Source of the DNA: Cycas panzhihuaensis
Taxonomy: Eukaryota; Plantae; Cycadophyta
Length of the DNA: 64,000 bases
Direction: 5' to 3'
NCBI GenBank assembly: GCA_023213395.1
Contig: CM041465.1
Location: 106,461,741 to 106,525,740, forward strand
Below the pieces are notes generated by a model. It did no database searches. It was not told the DNA's origin and saw nothing but the letters and a program-made list of their open reading frames with translations. Shown one piece after another: positions 28,401-40,960 of this stretch (position 1 is the stretch's first letter; every line of letters begins with the position of its first letter). A program made the position numbers and the translations under genes.

Positions 28401-30030
28401 ACTAGCACTAGAAGTGCCCATAGAGCAAGGATACATGAATCACTTTCCATTGAGCTTGAACTAGAAAAACTACACCTTACTTTTAATGAAGAGTGTCTAA
28501 TGTACTAAGAAGTTATAACGCATGTAACTTGGAGAAATGCTATGAATGAAGAGTACTAATCTCTTATTAAGAATGGTACATGGGAGCTTGTTGATCTACC
28601 ACTTGGAAGAAAGGCAGTTCAAAATAAATAGGTGTTTAAAAACAAGTATAGATCAAATAGCACCCTAGAAAAATACAAGGCGAGGTCAGTAGAAAAAGGA
28701 TTCACACAAAGGGAATGCATCAACTATACTAAAATATTTGCTCATACAACTAAGTAGCCTACAATCATAACTTTTATAGCCTTGGCTGCCCAATAGGGTT
28801 GAAAAATCCACTAACTCAATGTTAAGATTGCATTTCTCAATGGGGACCTTAAAGAAGAAATTTATATGGCTCAGCCAGAAGGATATGAGATTGTCAGTTA
28901 GGAGCATAAGGTTTGCAGGCTCAAAAAGTCCTTGTACGGCCTAAAACAAGCACCTTGTGCTTGGTTTACCAAGTTGTTTGAAAGAATGAGGAAACTTGGA
29001 TATGAGGTTTATGACTATTAAGATATTAATGTAACATTATTCACTAAGCACCAAAATGATAAAGTCACTTACCTTTTAATCTTTGTGGATGATATGCTAA
29101 TAACAGGGAATAGTAAACAGGTAATTAGCTAGTTGAAGAAGGACCTCGCTAAAACTTTTGAATTACCTGACCTCGAATTGATGAAATATTACTTGGGAAT
29201 TAAATTAACTCAAAAGAATAGCAAATTTTTTCTCTCCCAAGAAAAATATATCAATGATCTTCTGATAAAGTTTTGATTGGAAGGTGCTCCACTAGTGGAT
29301 ACACCTATGGAACCTAATATTAAACTCTTAGTTGATGGTGATACTAGGGAGGTAGACACAACACTCTACAGGCAACTTGTAGGTAGTCCCATATATACTA
29401 CCAACACAAGGGTAGATATTGCATATTTTGTTGACATTCTTACAAGATTCATGAAAAATCCTAAACAAAATTACTAGCAAGTTGCAATATGAGTGTTGAG
29501 GTACTTGAACATGACCAACAAATATGGTTTGTTGCATGAACCTAATGCAGAATTTAAACTTTATATATACACAGACTTAAACTTTGCCAGAGATAAGGAC
29601 ACAAGAATATCTACATCTGGCTACATAATATTTCTTGGAATAACACCAATATCATGGAGATCTAAATAACAGAAGATAGTTGCAAGCTCAACTACTGAAG
29701 TTGAATATATTGTTGCTTCTAAAATAAGCAAGGAGTTGATATAGCTTAGAAAATTATTAAATACATTAAATGCCACCCAAATAAGTTCCACTAGCTTACA
29801 TATAGATAATTAATCTATAATTTAAATGGCTAAAAATCTTGTATTTCATTATCGTACCAAACATATAAGTATGAAAGTCCATAGGATTAGAGAACTAGTT
29901 CATGATGGCAAAATTTAACTGGAGTACTACCCCACAATAAATCAAGTGGTTGATATCTTCACCAAACCACTAAAGAGGGTGAAGTTTGAATAGTTCCAAA
30001 AGTAACTCGACCTTAGGACCTCCATCTCTG
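25483..30030 (+). pseudogene. Copia B1 gag-pol
   Basis: MSSQFKQN.. start, *IMDARAT*HMT protease, LWYAHMGH, LDICGP, QNGV, FVDDMLI, LYRQLVGSPIYTTNTRVDI, RTKHI and VDIFTKPL. Confidence 0.93.
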
Positions 30031-30458
30031 ATTGAATGAAGGAGATGATAATAGGACCATCATACTCTGTCTCATTCATGAAAACCCCTTATGGGTGCAG
30101 AAGGACAAGAGTAAGTCTCTGCTCTATCCCATTCATGAAAACCCCTTGTGGGTACAAACGGATAAGGGTTGTATCATTTTAGAAAATCAAAACCTGTGAA
30201 AACTTAAAAGGGCATGGTGGATGACCAAATGGTATATGGAGACTCAGTAGATTTTAACTGCAAAATTCATTGTATTGATTGGCTATCAAGCTTCATTTAA
30301 AGAGCCATCTGAGCCACGTTAGTAGATTAGAAAATTTGTGGATTTTCTTCCCCGTGAGGGTTTCCCACAAAAGTGTCATAGTAATTTTTTTTATAAGAGG
30401 CTCAAATGAAGACCTCATAGGATAGAATGAAATGACCTTCTACCATTAAGGGGGAGAT

Positions 30459-30757
30459 TGAAAAGGGTTAATGTCACAAGGCTATTACATTAGTTGATTA
30501 TTTCTAAAAAGGATCTTAAGTAAACTCTAAATTAGATCACTTAAGTGAAATGTACTTTTATGTGCATTATGTGTAATTTCATTTTACCTAACTCTAATGC
30601 TCCCTCTCTCAATATAAAAAGTAAACGCTCAATGGAGGAGGCTCATTCTTACCTCCCCATTTTGTAAGAGCTACTCTTTTTCTCTCAAGTCTCTCTTTCT
30701 TCCATATTTGTCTTTGTGTTTAGTATATGGAGATGAAGGATAGATTCACTCTTTTCA
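30459..30757 (+). repeat. 3' LTR of Copia B1
   Basis: TG...CA, preceded by a PPT. Confidence 0.93.
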
Positions 30758-33334
30758 AAAAATAGATGGATGACTAGTAGAATCCAAAAATGGAAATAAA
30801 TTAATTTGAATTAGCTAAGAAGACCTTAGAAGAAGTTGCTTGGAGGGAAGAAGAAAATTTATTACCTATGGAGAAACTTGAAATGAAATCTATTTTTATA
30901 AGGAAGAATAAATCCAATGAATAAGGACCTACTATCTAGGACACACAACCACAACCTCAATTGGTACAACAAAGGAATTATTTAAAGGGTTACCAATAGA
31001 AAATATACCCTAAATGTTGTTATTAATATAAAATTTAGTGAAGCAAGTAAAATTGACCATTCCATTATAACAAGTAATTGAATGGATAAAAATTGGAATG
31101 ATGCAATAAAAGGAAGTTGTTAAAATTTTAAAGAAAGTCATATCGTCCTTTGATCTTGACCTAATAATATCAATTACAATTTTAGGTTAACATTTTTATA
31201 ATGTAATTATTGATGATGAGGCAATAATGAATTTATCACCAATAACTAGCTGGAGAAAACTGGGAAGCCCTAAATTGGAAGCAGTAACATATTCCTTAAA
31301 ATTAGCAAATGAACTATTGATTAAACTCATTGGAAATCTCTTAATTATCAAAGTGGATGTGGTTGGTATTACAATTTAAATTGATTTTACCGTCGTGGAA
31401 ATAATTAAAGGGATGGTACCATATCCGACATTGCTTAACCATCCTTGGTTGTATAAAACATAATGTTTTCAAAAATAGAAAGATGTAATCCTCATATTGA
31501 TAGATTGGGGAAATGAGGTTGTTCTCCCCATGCTTAGAAAACATTTGATTGAAATATTCCCAAATGACACCTCAAGCTTGACAATCACCAGTGAAGAAAC
31601 TTCATTGACTTTTGAAGAAACTAATCTATATCACACAATTAAAGATTCAACAAAACTAATCAACTCCCAAAAATATGAATGCAACTATTTTAGAGAGTTG
31701 TATAGTTTCTCAAGTGATGAAGGAACTAAGAAATTCATAAATTATTGGTTGTAGAAATCATACGAGGTTAACCCTCCATCCTTCTAATGTAACCTTCTTG
31801 TTGTATGCACTACTAATGACATAATAAGACAATGGATAGATTGGGAAATAAATGTATGAATGGTGAGTTTACTATTAGTGTAAATATAATTCAAATTTAA
31901 ACCCTAACCCTAGACCAAATTCCTTACCCTAACCTTAATACTTACCCAAACCCTAATCCCTTTCTTGATCCTAACCTTCCCTCTACCTTAGGTGAGGGTT
32001 ATAAGGTACATATACCTTCCCTATCCCTAACCCATCCTAAGGAAGGAAGTAATAAGCCTTCAACATCCTCTCTTGAAGTACATCCACGCATCAATAGATC
32101 CTCTTCCTTATAAAATAATATGCCCATGGGTACTAAGCCACTAAATGAGGAAGAGAGGAATGCAGAAAGTATCTCTCAAGATCCTCGTCTAGGTGACTAA
32201 GTGATTATTCTAAAAAATAGCAAAATTAATCTATATATTGGGAATTATATAGGTACATTTTCTAGAGAACAATTGTATGGCACTACTCAATCCAATCTAT
32301 GGAATATTAGATTCAAAAAATAGTAGTAAATAAAGCACAATAGGATTAAAATTTTGTATTGACCTTGGGAGGGCCTATATGGTACTTATATCTAGCCTAC
32401 CAAATCTCTTTCCAATAATGGGCAAACTTTCTTATAACATTTAGACTCTAATTTAATCCCCCAAAGAGACTACATATTCCCTATAGTAGAAGACTATACT
32501 AGGAAACATATAGAATGTTTCCAAACCTATTGGACCCCTCAAAGCCTTCATAAAACTAATTGGAGTCACTTATTTTTCCATACTCTAAGGAAAATAGGAA
32601 AAAAATAGATGTTGGGAAAGGAGAAAACCCTAGATGCATCTTGGCATAATCTCAAGAATTCTTTTAGTAAGATATTCTTACACTCATCATATGATAAAAC
32701 TATAGATAAAGTGTTAAAACAAATCAGAAATTTAAGTATAGAAGTAGAACAACCAAGAACTATATCATTAGCAAGGACTATGGAAAGTAGGGAAGCAGAA
32801 GAGGAGGAGTAGAGTCATAACTTTCCTTCAGAGTATACCAAGCTAAAATATGAGGAGTAGGATATTGAGAATACCCTAGCTCATCAAAACATGAATAAAG
32901 ATAATATGGAAGTGAAAAAACTAAAAATAACTGAAACAATTAAGGAACACCAGAAAATCCATAAAACATATTGATTGGGAACTATTGGGATGACAAAATA
33001 GTAGAAGAGGTATAGCCCTTTTTTTTTTAAATATAAGGACATGTTTGCATGGTCCTATAAAGACCTAAAGGAAATCCCTCCAGAAAGCAAGATGTATCAC
33101 ATTGACTTATAGATGGAGTAAAACCTATGAAATAACAACCTTATCATATAAACCCTAAGTATAAAGAAAAGGTCAAAGAGGAATTAGATAAAATGTTTGA
33201 AGTAAGATATATATGCAAGATTGACTATAACGATTGGGTAAGTTATGTAGTAGTGGTGCCCAAAATAGAATGGAAATTTTTGAGTCTATGTAGACTATAG
33301 ATAGTTAAACAAGGTGATAAAGAAGGATCCATTA

Positions 33335-33789
33335 TGTTAGTATGGTAGTTAATTATTAAGCCACTTATTAACGTTAATATATGGTTTAATTATGTGATTA
33401 ATGAAAAGGTGCAAGTTATTCAAAAGGTCACAACCCTTAACAGTTGACACCTCTTAAGGGATTATGAATCTCTTAGAGTCCATTATATATTCAACAATAA
33501 GGAATTTAGAATTAATGTGATTGATAGATTTTTTGTGGTGGGTTTTTTCTTGAAAGGGTTTCTCACATTTATCCTATGTACTATGTAATTATTCCATGTT
33601 TATATTATTTTCTTGGTATGTATAGTAAAGATTCCATAATATGTAAATATGTATGCATTCATTCATGTTTCTTAAGATAGTATCAAAGTCGTAAGGTCCT
33701 ACATAGTTGAAGCCAGAGTTAGGTTGAGTGATAAGATCATTGGTTTCTACGTAAAGATGACTAAACTTATTAGCCCCTTGGCCTATTTT
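33335..33789 (+). mobile_element. 5' LTR (~33335-33675), PBS and short leader of element D
   Basis: Begins TGTTAG exactly where the RT of A breaks. Decayed iMet PBS tagtatcaaagtc at about 33678. Confidence 0.65.
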
Positions 33790-34390
33790 TGTAAGATCAA
33801 ACTAGTTTTGTAATATAAAGTTTTGTCGATCTGTCAATAAGAAATAATTGGAATGGCATGTTGTTCCATCGATAGGTCGTTAAGAAGTTGAGTCAAGATG
33901 TCAATAAGAAGTCTCGTCAATCTGTCAATAACATAAGAATGATCAATGTCGACATGATAGATGTCGACTTAATATAAAGTCATGAAGTGTAGGTAGATTA
34001 TGTTGATAGGCCTTCATCGATAAGTAGACTTTGTGAATTATCTATAAGACAACATGCACTTTACTGGTATATAACATATCTAACACAACTGAGATGGTTA
34101 ACTAAAATTAAAAAGTATAGAAGGGTTATATCCCTAAACAGATATGGAGATAAAAAAAACACAAAAGAGAAATGGGACTTTATTTGTAGGTGGACAAAGA
34201 TTTCTATGTACATTATGGAGTATAGTCTAATATGATTGGTAAGAGTAATCACATGGACTAGACTCATTTCAATAATAATAAAAGGAGATCTTAGTAGAAA
34301 ATTCTAAAGCACAATGTATGGTTGGTTCTGACTGATTGATTTTAATTAGAGTTTAAATTTTGATTGATTAAATATCTACACACACCAACA
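33790..34390 (+). repeat. 5' LTR of Athila/Tat-like element C
   Basis: TGTAAG...CCAACA followed by PBS tggttccattacc (34394-34406) and gag. The left boundary is uncertain. Confidence 0.6.
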
Positions 34391-35071
34391 TTTTGGTTCC
34401 ATTACCTATGGATTTTGAGTCTGAAAAGATGTTAATTATATGAGTTAAAGATGGTAAAAGAAGGAGAGTACAAAATGGTAGAAAAAGATGCAAGATGAAT
34501 TGAGAATGACAAGACAAGACCGTTGGAGCAGAGAACATTCAGAAACTAGTTAAAGACTTCCATTACATCTCAAAGTGAGGAGAGTGAAGCTTCAAGAACA
34601 AAGAATGATAGAAGCTACAACCCATAACTAGAAGGTACATGAGGAAGAATTCATCCAAAGAGCATTGGAACAGTTAGGTAAGAAAGTTCAGTCTTTATCC
34701 CTAACTGATAATCCTATAAAAGGATACTCTCTAGTCTATAAACAAACATAATCCAAAATGGCTTGTCCACCTACCATCCAATATATAATAAAGACTTGAT
34801 TTCCTAAGTATAATGGATCTATAGATGCAAAACAACACATGTTTGTCTAGGAATCCATGTGGAGGTGTCAAGAGCAGAATCATGATTAATAAAATAGAAT
34901 GAGTTTGTCACCACTTTAAAAGGCCGAGAATAGATTTGGTATCAATCTATAGAAAGCCAACAACTATTTAAAGACTAGAAAACTTGTAAAGAAAAGTTTA
35001 TAAAGGTATTATCTCATATGATATAAAGGCAAAGTATTTTTAATGAATTAAAGAATTTGTAGATATAGCCT

Positions 35072-35658
35072 TATAACATTCCAAAAATCTAGTCAAAACT
35101 ATGCCACATAACCATTCAAATTAAAGGTCTATGAATGAGGATTCCAAAGATTTAGATGAAAGTTAATTCATCTATATCAAAAGTTATACCTATTTAAAGT
35201 TTTTTGCCTACTAGTTTTTGGGAAAAGTTTTGGCCAACTTCTATTTGAGCAGTATTAAGGAGAATATCACCCAGTCTATATGACTTCTAATTGAAGGATT
35301 TTGATCACTATAAATAGCAAGTTTTGGCCTCATCCTAGACCATCTTTGGAGGTTCTTTCTACTGCATATTTTTTATTCTAGGGTTGTAATTAACTTGCCC
35401 ATTTGGGGGCTGTAGTTTGGAGGGTTCGTCACCTTAAAGAGGGAAGCTCACTTCTCCAAGAAAGATTGGTATTTTAATGTAATTTTATTCCATTTTTTAT
35501 ATTATTTGATAATAAATATTACTATTTGCTTCTGTCGATTCTATAATTCCTATTCCTTATTTATTTTCTTATTGGATAAGATCTAGTTATTATCATTTGT
35601 GAATTATTACCTATATTTTTAAGGAAAATTGTTATAAAAATATAGCTAGATCATTTCA
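35072..35658 (+). repeat. LTR1 of dimer
   Basis: Matches LTR2 and LTR3; followed by tggtattagagc. Confidence 0.93.
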
Positions 35659-35786
35659 AGTGGTATTAGAGCTTCATTTCAAGGGGAAAGGATAGAGGTA
35701 AAAGCACAAAAGGGTCAAAAAATTTCTCCCCTACCAGAAAAATAAATATATAATTAAGGTCAAGGAAAAGCCTCATTCTTGAGAAG

Positions 35787-38700
35787 ATGGTAGCCTACTC
35801 TAGAGCTTTAGAGCAAAAATTAAAGGCACATCAGAATTAAACTGGAGCATAAAAGCCTTAACAATCTTAATCCAAGAGTTACTAGTAAAAACAAATCAAG
35901 AAACACAAAACGTATTGGGTGGAGAAATGAATAGCAATAATGCATTAGGAATAGATCAAATTAGATGCCTAGAATAATAAAGAAAATTAAAGAAATGAGA
36001 CTAAGAGATTTGATGGATGAGTTTGTGAAATAAGAACTCCTAACATGGATAATGGATAGAAAGGGGCAAGATTATCTTTGGAAAAATTCAATCCAAAAGT
36101 ATCCAAGAATATCACAAATTAGATCTTACAAATAGAGAAATATTTCAGGTCTATAACTCAATAGCTAAGGAAAATATAGAAATAACATACTTACACTCAA
36201 ATAGAAGGGCATTAAGGTGGTACTATTTGTGGCACAAGATGAACTTACCAATACAATAGTCCTAGGAGGATCTAAGAGCAAGATTAGTAGAGCAATATGA
36301 TGATTCTTGGAACACGGATTACTTTGCTTAGTTAATATAATTACATCAATAAGGAATAGTTAAAAAATACACAGAATAATTCTAAATGCTACAATGAATG
36401 GTATCAAAAAAAATACTGTAGGAATGTTTACTAGAGACTTATATTAGTGGATTAAAAAATTAGATCAAATTTAAAGTTAAAGTAGTAGATCCTCCATAAC
36501 TCCAAGTAGCAATTTAGATAGCAAGAAATGTAGAGATAAAACTTAGAGATAGTAAACCAATATATATAAGGAGATATAAGCCACCATAATATTAGACCCA
36601 AAATCCTAATTGGGCAAAATTAGAAACAAAAGTAGATCCTCCATTAGCTATAAAAAATATAGGAGAAAGCTCATGAATAAAAAAAGAGGAGCATATAAGA
36701 AAATATGAGTGCTTTAAGTATGGAGTGAAATGGAATAAGGAACATCAATACCCAGTAAAGAAGATTTTTATGATCAATAATGAGGATGTAGAAATACTAG
36801 AAGAAGTCCAGGAAGAAGTAGAACAAGACCAGAGCATAGAAAGGGAGGAAAATGAACTTTGGAAGTGGATATAGAGAATGTCCAAATCTCATTATAGGCC
36901 ATTACAAGGCAATATGTATCCTCACAAACCCTAAGATTCTAAGGATAAATCAAGGGAACACTAGTATCAATCTTGGTTGACAGCAAGAGTACATACAATT
37001 TTATAAATAAGGCATCAGTAGAAAACTAGGATTATAAGTAAAATCTCTCAACACATTCTGGGTGTCAATAGTAAATAGGAGAACAACACCATGTGTAGGA
37101 TATTGAAAAAGACACAACTCTTTGGATCAATGATTATAAGGTCACAACTTATATGTTTATTGTGTCCATAGGCAGAGTGGATGCAATTATGGTAATTTAA
37201 TCGCTACAAATATTTAGGAATGTTATTACTAACTATATGACAAGATTTATATGTTTTTGATAAAAAGGACATAAATATTAACTACAAGCCCTAGTCACAC
37301 CTCCAGCTAAACTTGTATCGTCTCACAGAATGGAATAAATTCTAAAGAAGAATTTGCAAGCATACATAATATTATAATACAAAGTAGAAATAAAAAATGT
37401 TTCCCAAGAGATTTAGGCAATCTTAGAAGAACAATAGAGTTTTTTTAAGAACCCAAAGAATTGCCATTGAAAAGGGAATTGGAACATGCAATATATCTTA
37501 TTCCCATAACAATACCAGTCAATATTCCTCCATATATACATCCTTATCATCTTAGGAAGGAAATTTAAAAGATTATATAAGAATTCTTACTCCAAGACAT
37601 AGTGGCAAAAAGCATGAGTCCATTCCATTCTCCCGTGGTAGTTAATCCAAAGAATGACAGATCTTACAGGATGTGTGTGGATTATTGTAGCCTAAATAAA
37701 TTGACCATAAAGAACCAATATCCTATTCCAAGGATTGAAGATTTGTTAGATGAGTTACATGGAGCCCAATATTTTTCAAAACTAAATCCAATACTACCAA
37801 ATAAGAGTCAAAGAAGAAGATGTCTACAAAATTACATTCATAACACATGAAGGATTGTTTGAATTCATGGTTATGCCTTTTGGCTTAATAAATTCTCCAA
37901 CCACTTTTTAGAGCACAATGAATTCAATATTAAAACATGTTCTGAGGAAATTCATATTCAATTTCTTTGATGATATCCTAATCTATAGTAGAACATGGGA
38001 AAAATATTTGGAACATATAAACATAGTTTTACTCATACTTGATAAAGTGTAACTATTTGCAAGTAAGAAAAAGTGTTCTTTTGTAAAAGATAGATTAGAG
38101 TATCTCGGTCATAATACCATAAGTGAAGGAATCAAAATTAATCTAAAAAAGGTCTAGGTAATTGTAAACTGGCCAACTCCAAATAATGTCACAGGATTAA
38201 GAAGTTTTTTTGGTACAATGGGATTTCTAAGAAAATTCATAAAAGGGTATGCACACATAGCATCACCACTAATAGACTTAACTAAAAAGGATGAGTTTAG
38301 ATGGAATTTAGGAGTGCAAGGAGCATTTCAATAATTAAAACAAGCAATGATCATGGATCTAGTATTGGCCTTACTGGACTTCACTCAACTATTCACACTA
38401 GAATGTGATGCTTCAAGTTTCAAAATTAGAGCAATTATTACAAAAAGGAAGGCCTATAATTTATGAAAGTTGGAAGTTGAATAATAAGGAAAAAATGAAA
38501 TAAATATATGACAAAGAGATGTTGGTGATTATGCACATAATAAACTAATAGAGGCAACATCTATTAGAGAGAAAATTTATGGTCAGAACTGATCATGATA
38601 GCTTGAAGTACTTTCTGAATCAAAAGGCACTATCTAATGATTAACAAAAGTGGGATAACAAATTGTAGACCTTCGACTTCACCATAGAATACAAAAAGGG

Positions 38701-40210
38701 GAAAGAAAATATGATAGTGAATGCTCTATCCAAACCATTAAAGGAAGAAAAGATTAAAATTTTAGCCAATTTAGTGATAATAGCAACTCTAAAATAGATG
38801 ACAGAGTTAGCAAAGGAATATGAAGATGACAAGATATCACACGAAATAAAACAAAAAATCAGAGAATGAAAAATAGAGCAGTTTACAAAATAAGGAGGAT
38901 TAATTCTAAGGAAAGGAAAAATATTTATTCCAAAGACAAGTAAACTAAAAGAAGTACCACTTCAAGAAGATCACTCAACTCTAGTTTCAGGACATTTAGG
39001 GATGGACAAGACTTATAAAAGGCTTCAAAGCTTGTTTTACTAGAAAAGGTTAAAAATCGATGCCCATCCATTTGTATCAATATGTGATATATATCAAAGG
39101 AGTAAGACTAAATCTATAAAGGACCCTAAGTTGTTGTAACCCCTTTCCATTCTCCATCAAAAATGGGAAGAAATTTCTATGGATTTTATTATAGGTCTTC
39201 CACATTTAGAAGGAAGAGACATAATTTTTGTAGTAGTATATAGATTAACCAAATATGCCCATTTTAAGGGAACTCAGACAAGAGTAAAAGGAAGCCAAAT
39301 AGCAAAGTTGCATATGAAAGAAATTCACAAGCTATATGGCTTTCCAAAAGTTATAGGTAGTAATAGGGACCCCAAATTCACAAGTCACTTTTAGAAGGAT
39401 CTATTCAAATCAGTCATCACTAGCCTACAGATGAGCTCGGCATATCACTCGTAGATAGATGACCAGACATAAATAGTTAACAAATGCATGGAGGGTTACT
39501 TAAGAAACTTCATATCAGATAAATAGACACAATGGCATCAATGGATCCATCTAGTAGAATGGTCTTATAACACCACATACTGCACACTAGCAAAGATGTC
39601 ATCATTTCAAGCACTATATGGGTATGAACCTCTGTCACTCTTGAATTGGCTAAATACGTCTAAAGTGGAAACAATCAAAGAAAATCTAGAATAGATGCAA
39701 GAAATAGTCTGAATACTATAGAATAATTTAGAGATGGCAAAGAATATGATGAAGCAATAAGTAGATATAAAGATATATTAATGAAGTTTCAAGGTAGAAG
39801 AATGGGTATTTTTAAGAATCCAAATCTATAAACAAATGTCAACGAAATAAAATAATCAACATAAATTATCACCAAGATTATTTAGACCATATCAAATCAA
39901 GGAACACATAGGGAAAATGGCATATTAATTAAAACTACCACCAAAAAGCAAAATCCATAATATCTTATGTGTGTCTTGTTTAAAGAAAAAACTGGATGAA
40001 AAGGAGGCTCCATAAACGAATTTACTAACACTGGATAAAAAAAGGAATGATGATAGTGGAACCTGGGGGAATACTAAAGACCAGGGAAAAGAATTTGTAA
40101 TCTAGGATAATAAAAGAATATCTCATAAAATGGAAGATATTGGAACTTGAAGATACAATGTGGAAATTTGAAGAATAGATGCAAAAAAATGGGCCCTTAC
40201 TAATGCTTTA
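35787..40210 (+). pseudogene. Chromovirus gag-pol, unit 1
   Basis: gag, ILVDSKSTYNFI protease, RMCVDYCSLNKLTIK, FFDDILIYS, LECDAS, SMDFI, and chromodomain EYLIKWK..EDTMW. Confidence 0.93.
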
Positions 40211-40242
40211 AGGGGCAAAGCATATTTTGAAAGGGAGGGACT

Positions 40243-40831
40243 TGTAACATTCAAAAAATCTAGTCAAAACTATGCCATGTAACCATTCAAATTGAAGGTC
40301 TCTAAATGAAGATTCCAACAGTTTAGACAAAAGTTAATTCTGATGTCGATATCAAAAGTTATAATCATTTAAAGTTTTTAGCCTACAAGTTTTTAGGGAA
40401 AGTTCTGGTCGACTTCTATTTAAACAGTATTAAGGAGAATATCACCCGGTCTGGATGACTTCTAATTGAAGCATTTTGATCACTATAAATAAGAAGTTTG
40501 GGCCACACCCCAAACCATCTTCAGAGGTTCTTTTGGCTCCATATTTTTTGTTCTAGGGCTATAATTATCTTGCCCATTTAGGGGCTATAATTTGGAGGGT
40601 TCCTTGTCTCAAAGAGGGATGCTCACTTCTCCAGGAAAGACTAGTATTTTAGTGTAATTTCATTCTATTTATATTATTTGATAATAAAAATTACTATTTA
40701 CTTCTATGGATTCTATAATTCTTAATCCTTGTTTATTTTCTTATTAAATAACATCTAGTTACTATCTTTTTGTGGATTATTACTTGTATTTTTTAGGAAA
40801 ATTGTTATGAAAATAGAACTAGATCATTTCA
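40243..40831 (+). repeat. Shared central LTR2 of dimer
   Basis: PPT before, PBS after, TG...CA. Confidence 0.93.
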
Positions 40832-40960
40832 AATGATATTAGAGCTTTGTTTCAAGGTGAAAAGCCAGTGGTAAAAGTTTAAAAAGTTTAAAAAAATCCT
40901 CCCCCACCCAAGGAAATAGAAATAGAATTGAGGACAAGGAAAAACCTCATTCCTAGGAAG

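Larger units (their letters stand above)
23169..30757 (+). mobile_element. Full-length Ty1/Copia element B1 (decayed)
   Basis: LTRs 23169-23466 and 30459-30757, PBS tggtatcagag at 23469-23479, PPT aagggggaga at 30448-30457, TSD AAAAA/AAAAA, and a ~2-kb leader followed by gag-pol. Confidence 0.95.
21218..33334 (+). pseudogene. Element A gag-protease-RT (non-chromoviral Gypsy, Athila/Tat-like), split by Copia 23169-30757 and truncated in RT
   Basis: Gag FNGTSNASKHIYLF..FIYTLRGVPLTWY (22015-22210), knuckle WCHICEEDSHSTKEC, protease NVIIDDEAIMNL (~31200), RT IGNYWDD..YKDMFAWSYKDLK..VYVDYR*LNKVIKKDP ending at 33334. Confidence 0.85.

Noticed and set aside
31899-32040. AAACCCTAA/ACCCTAA telomere-like words
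   Set aside because: Few, irregular copies within a Pro/Asn-rich pol linker; not a telomeric array.
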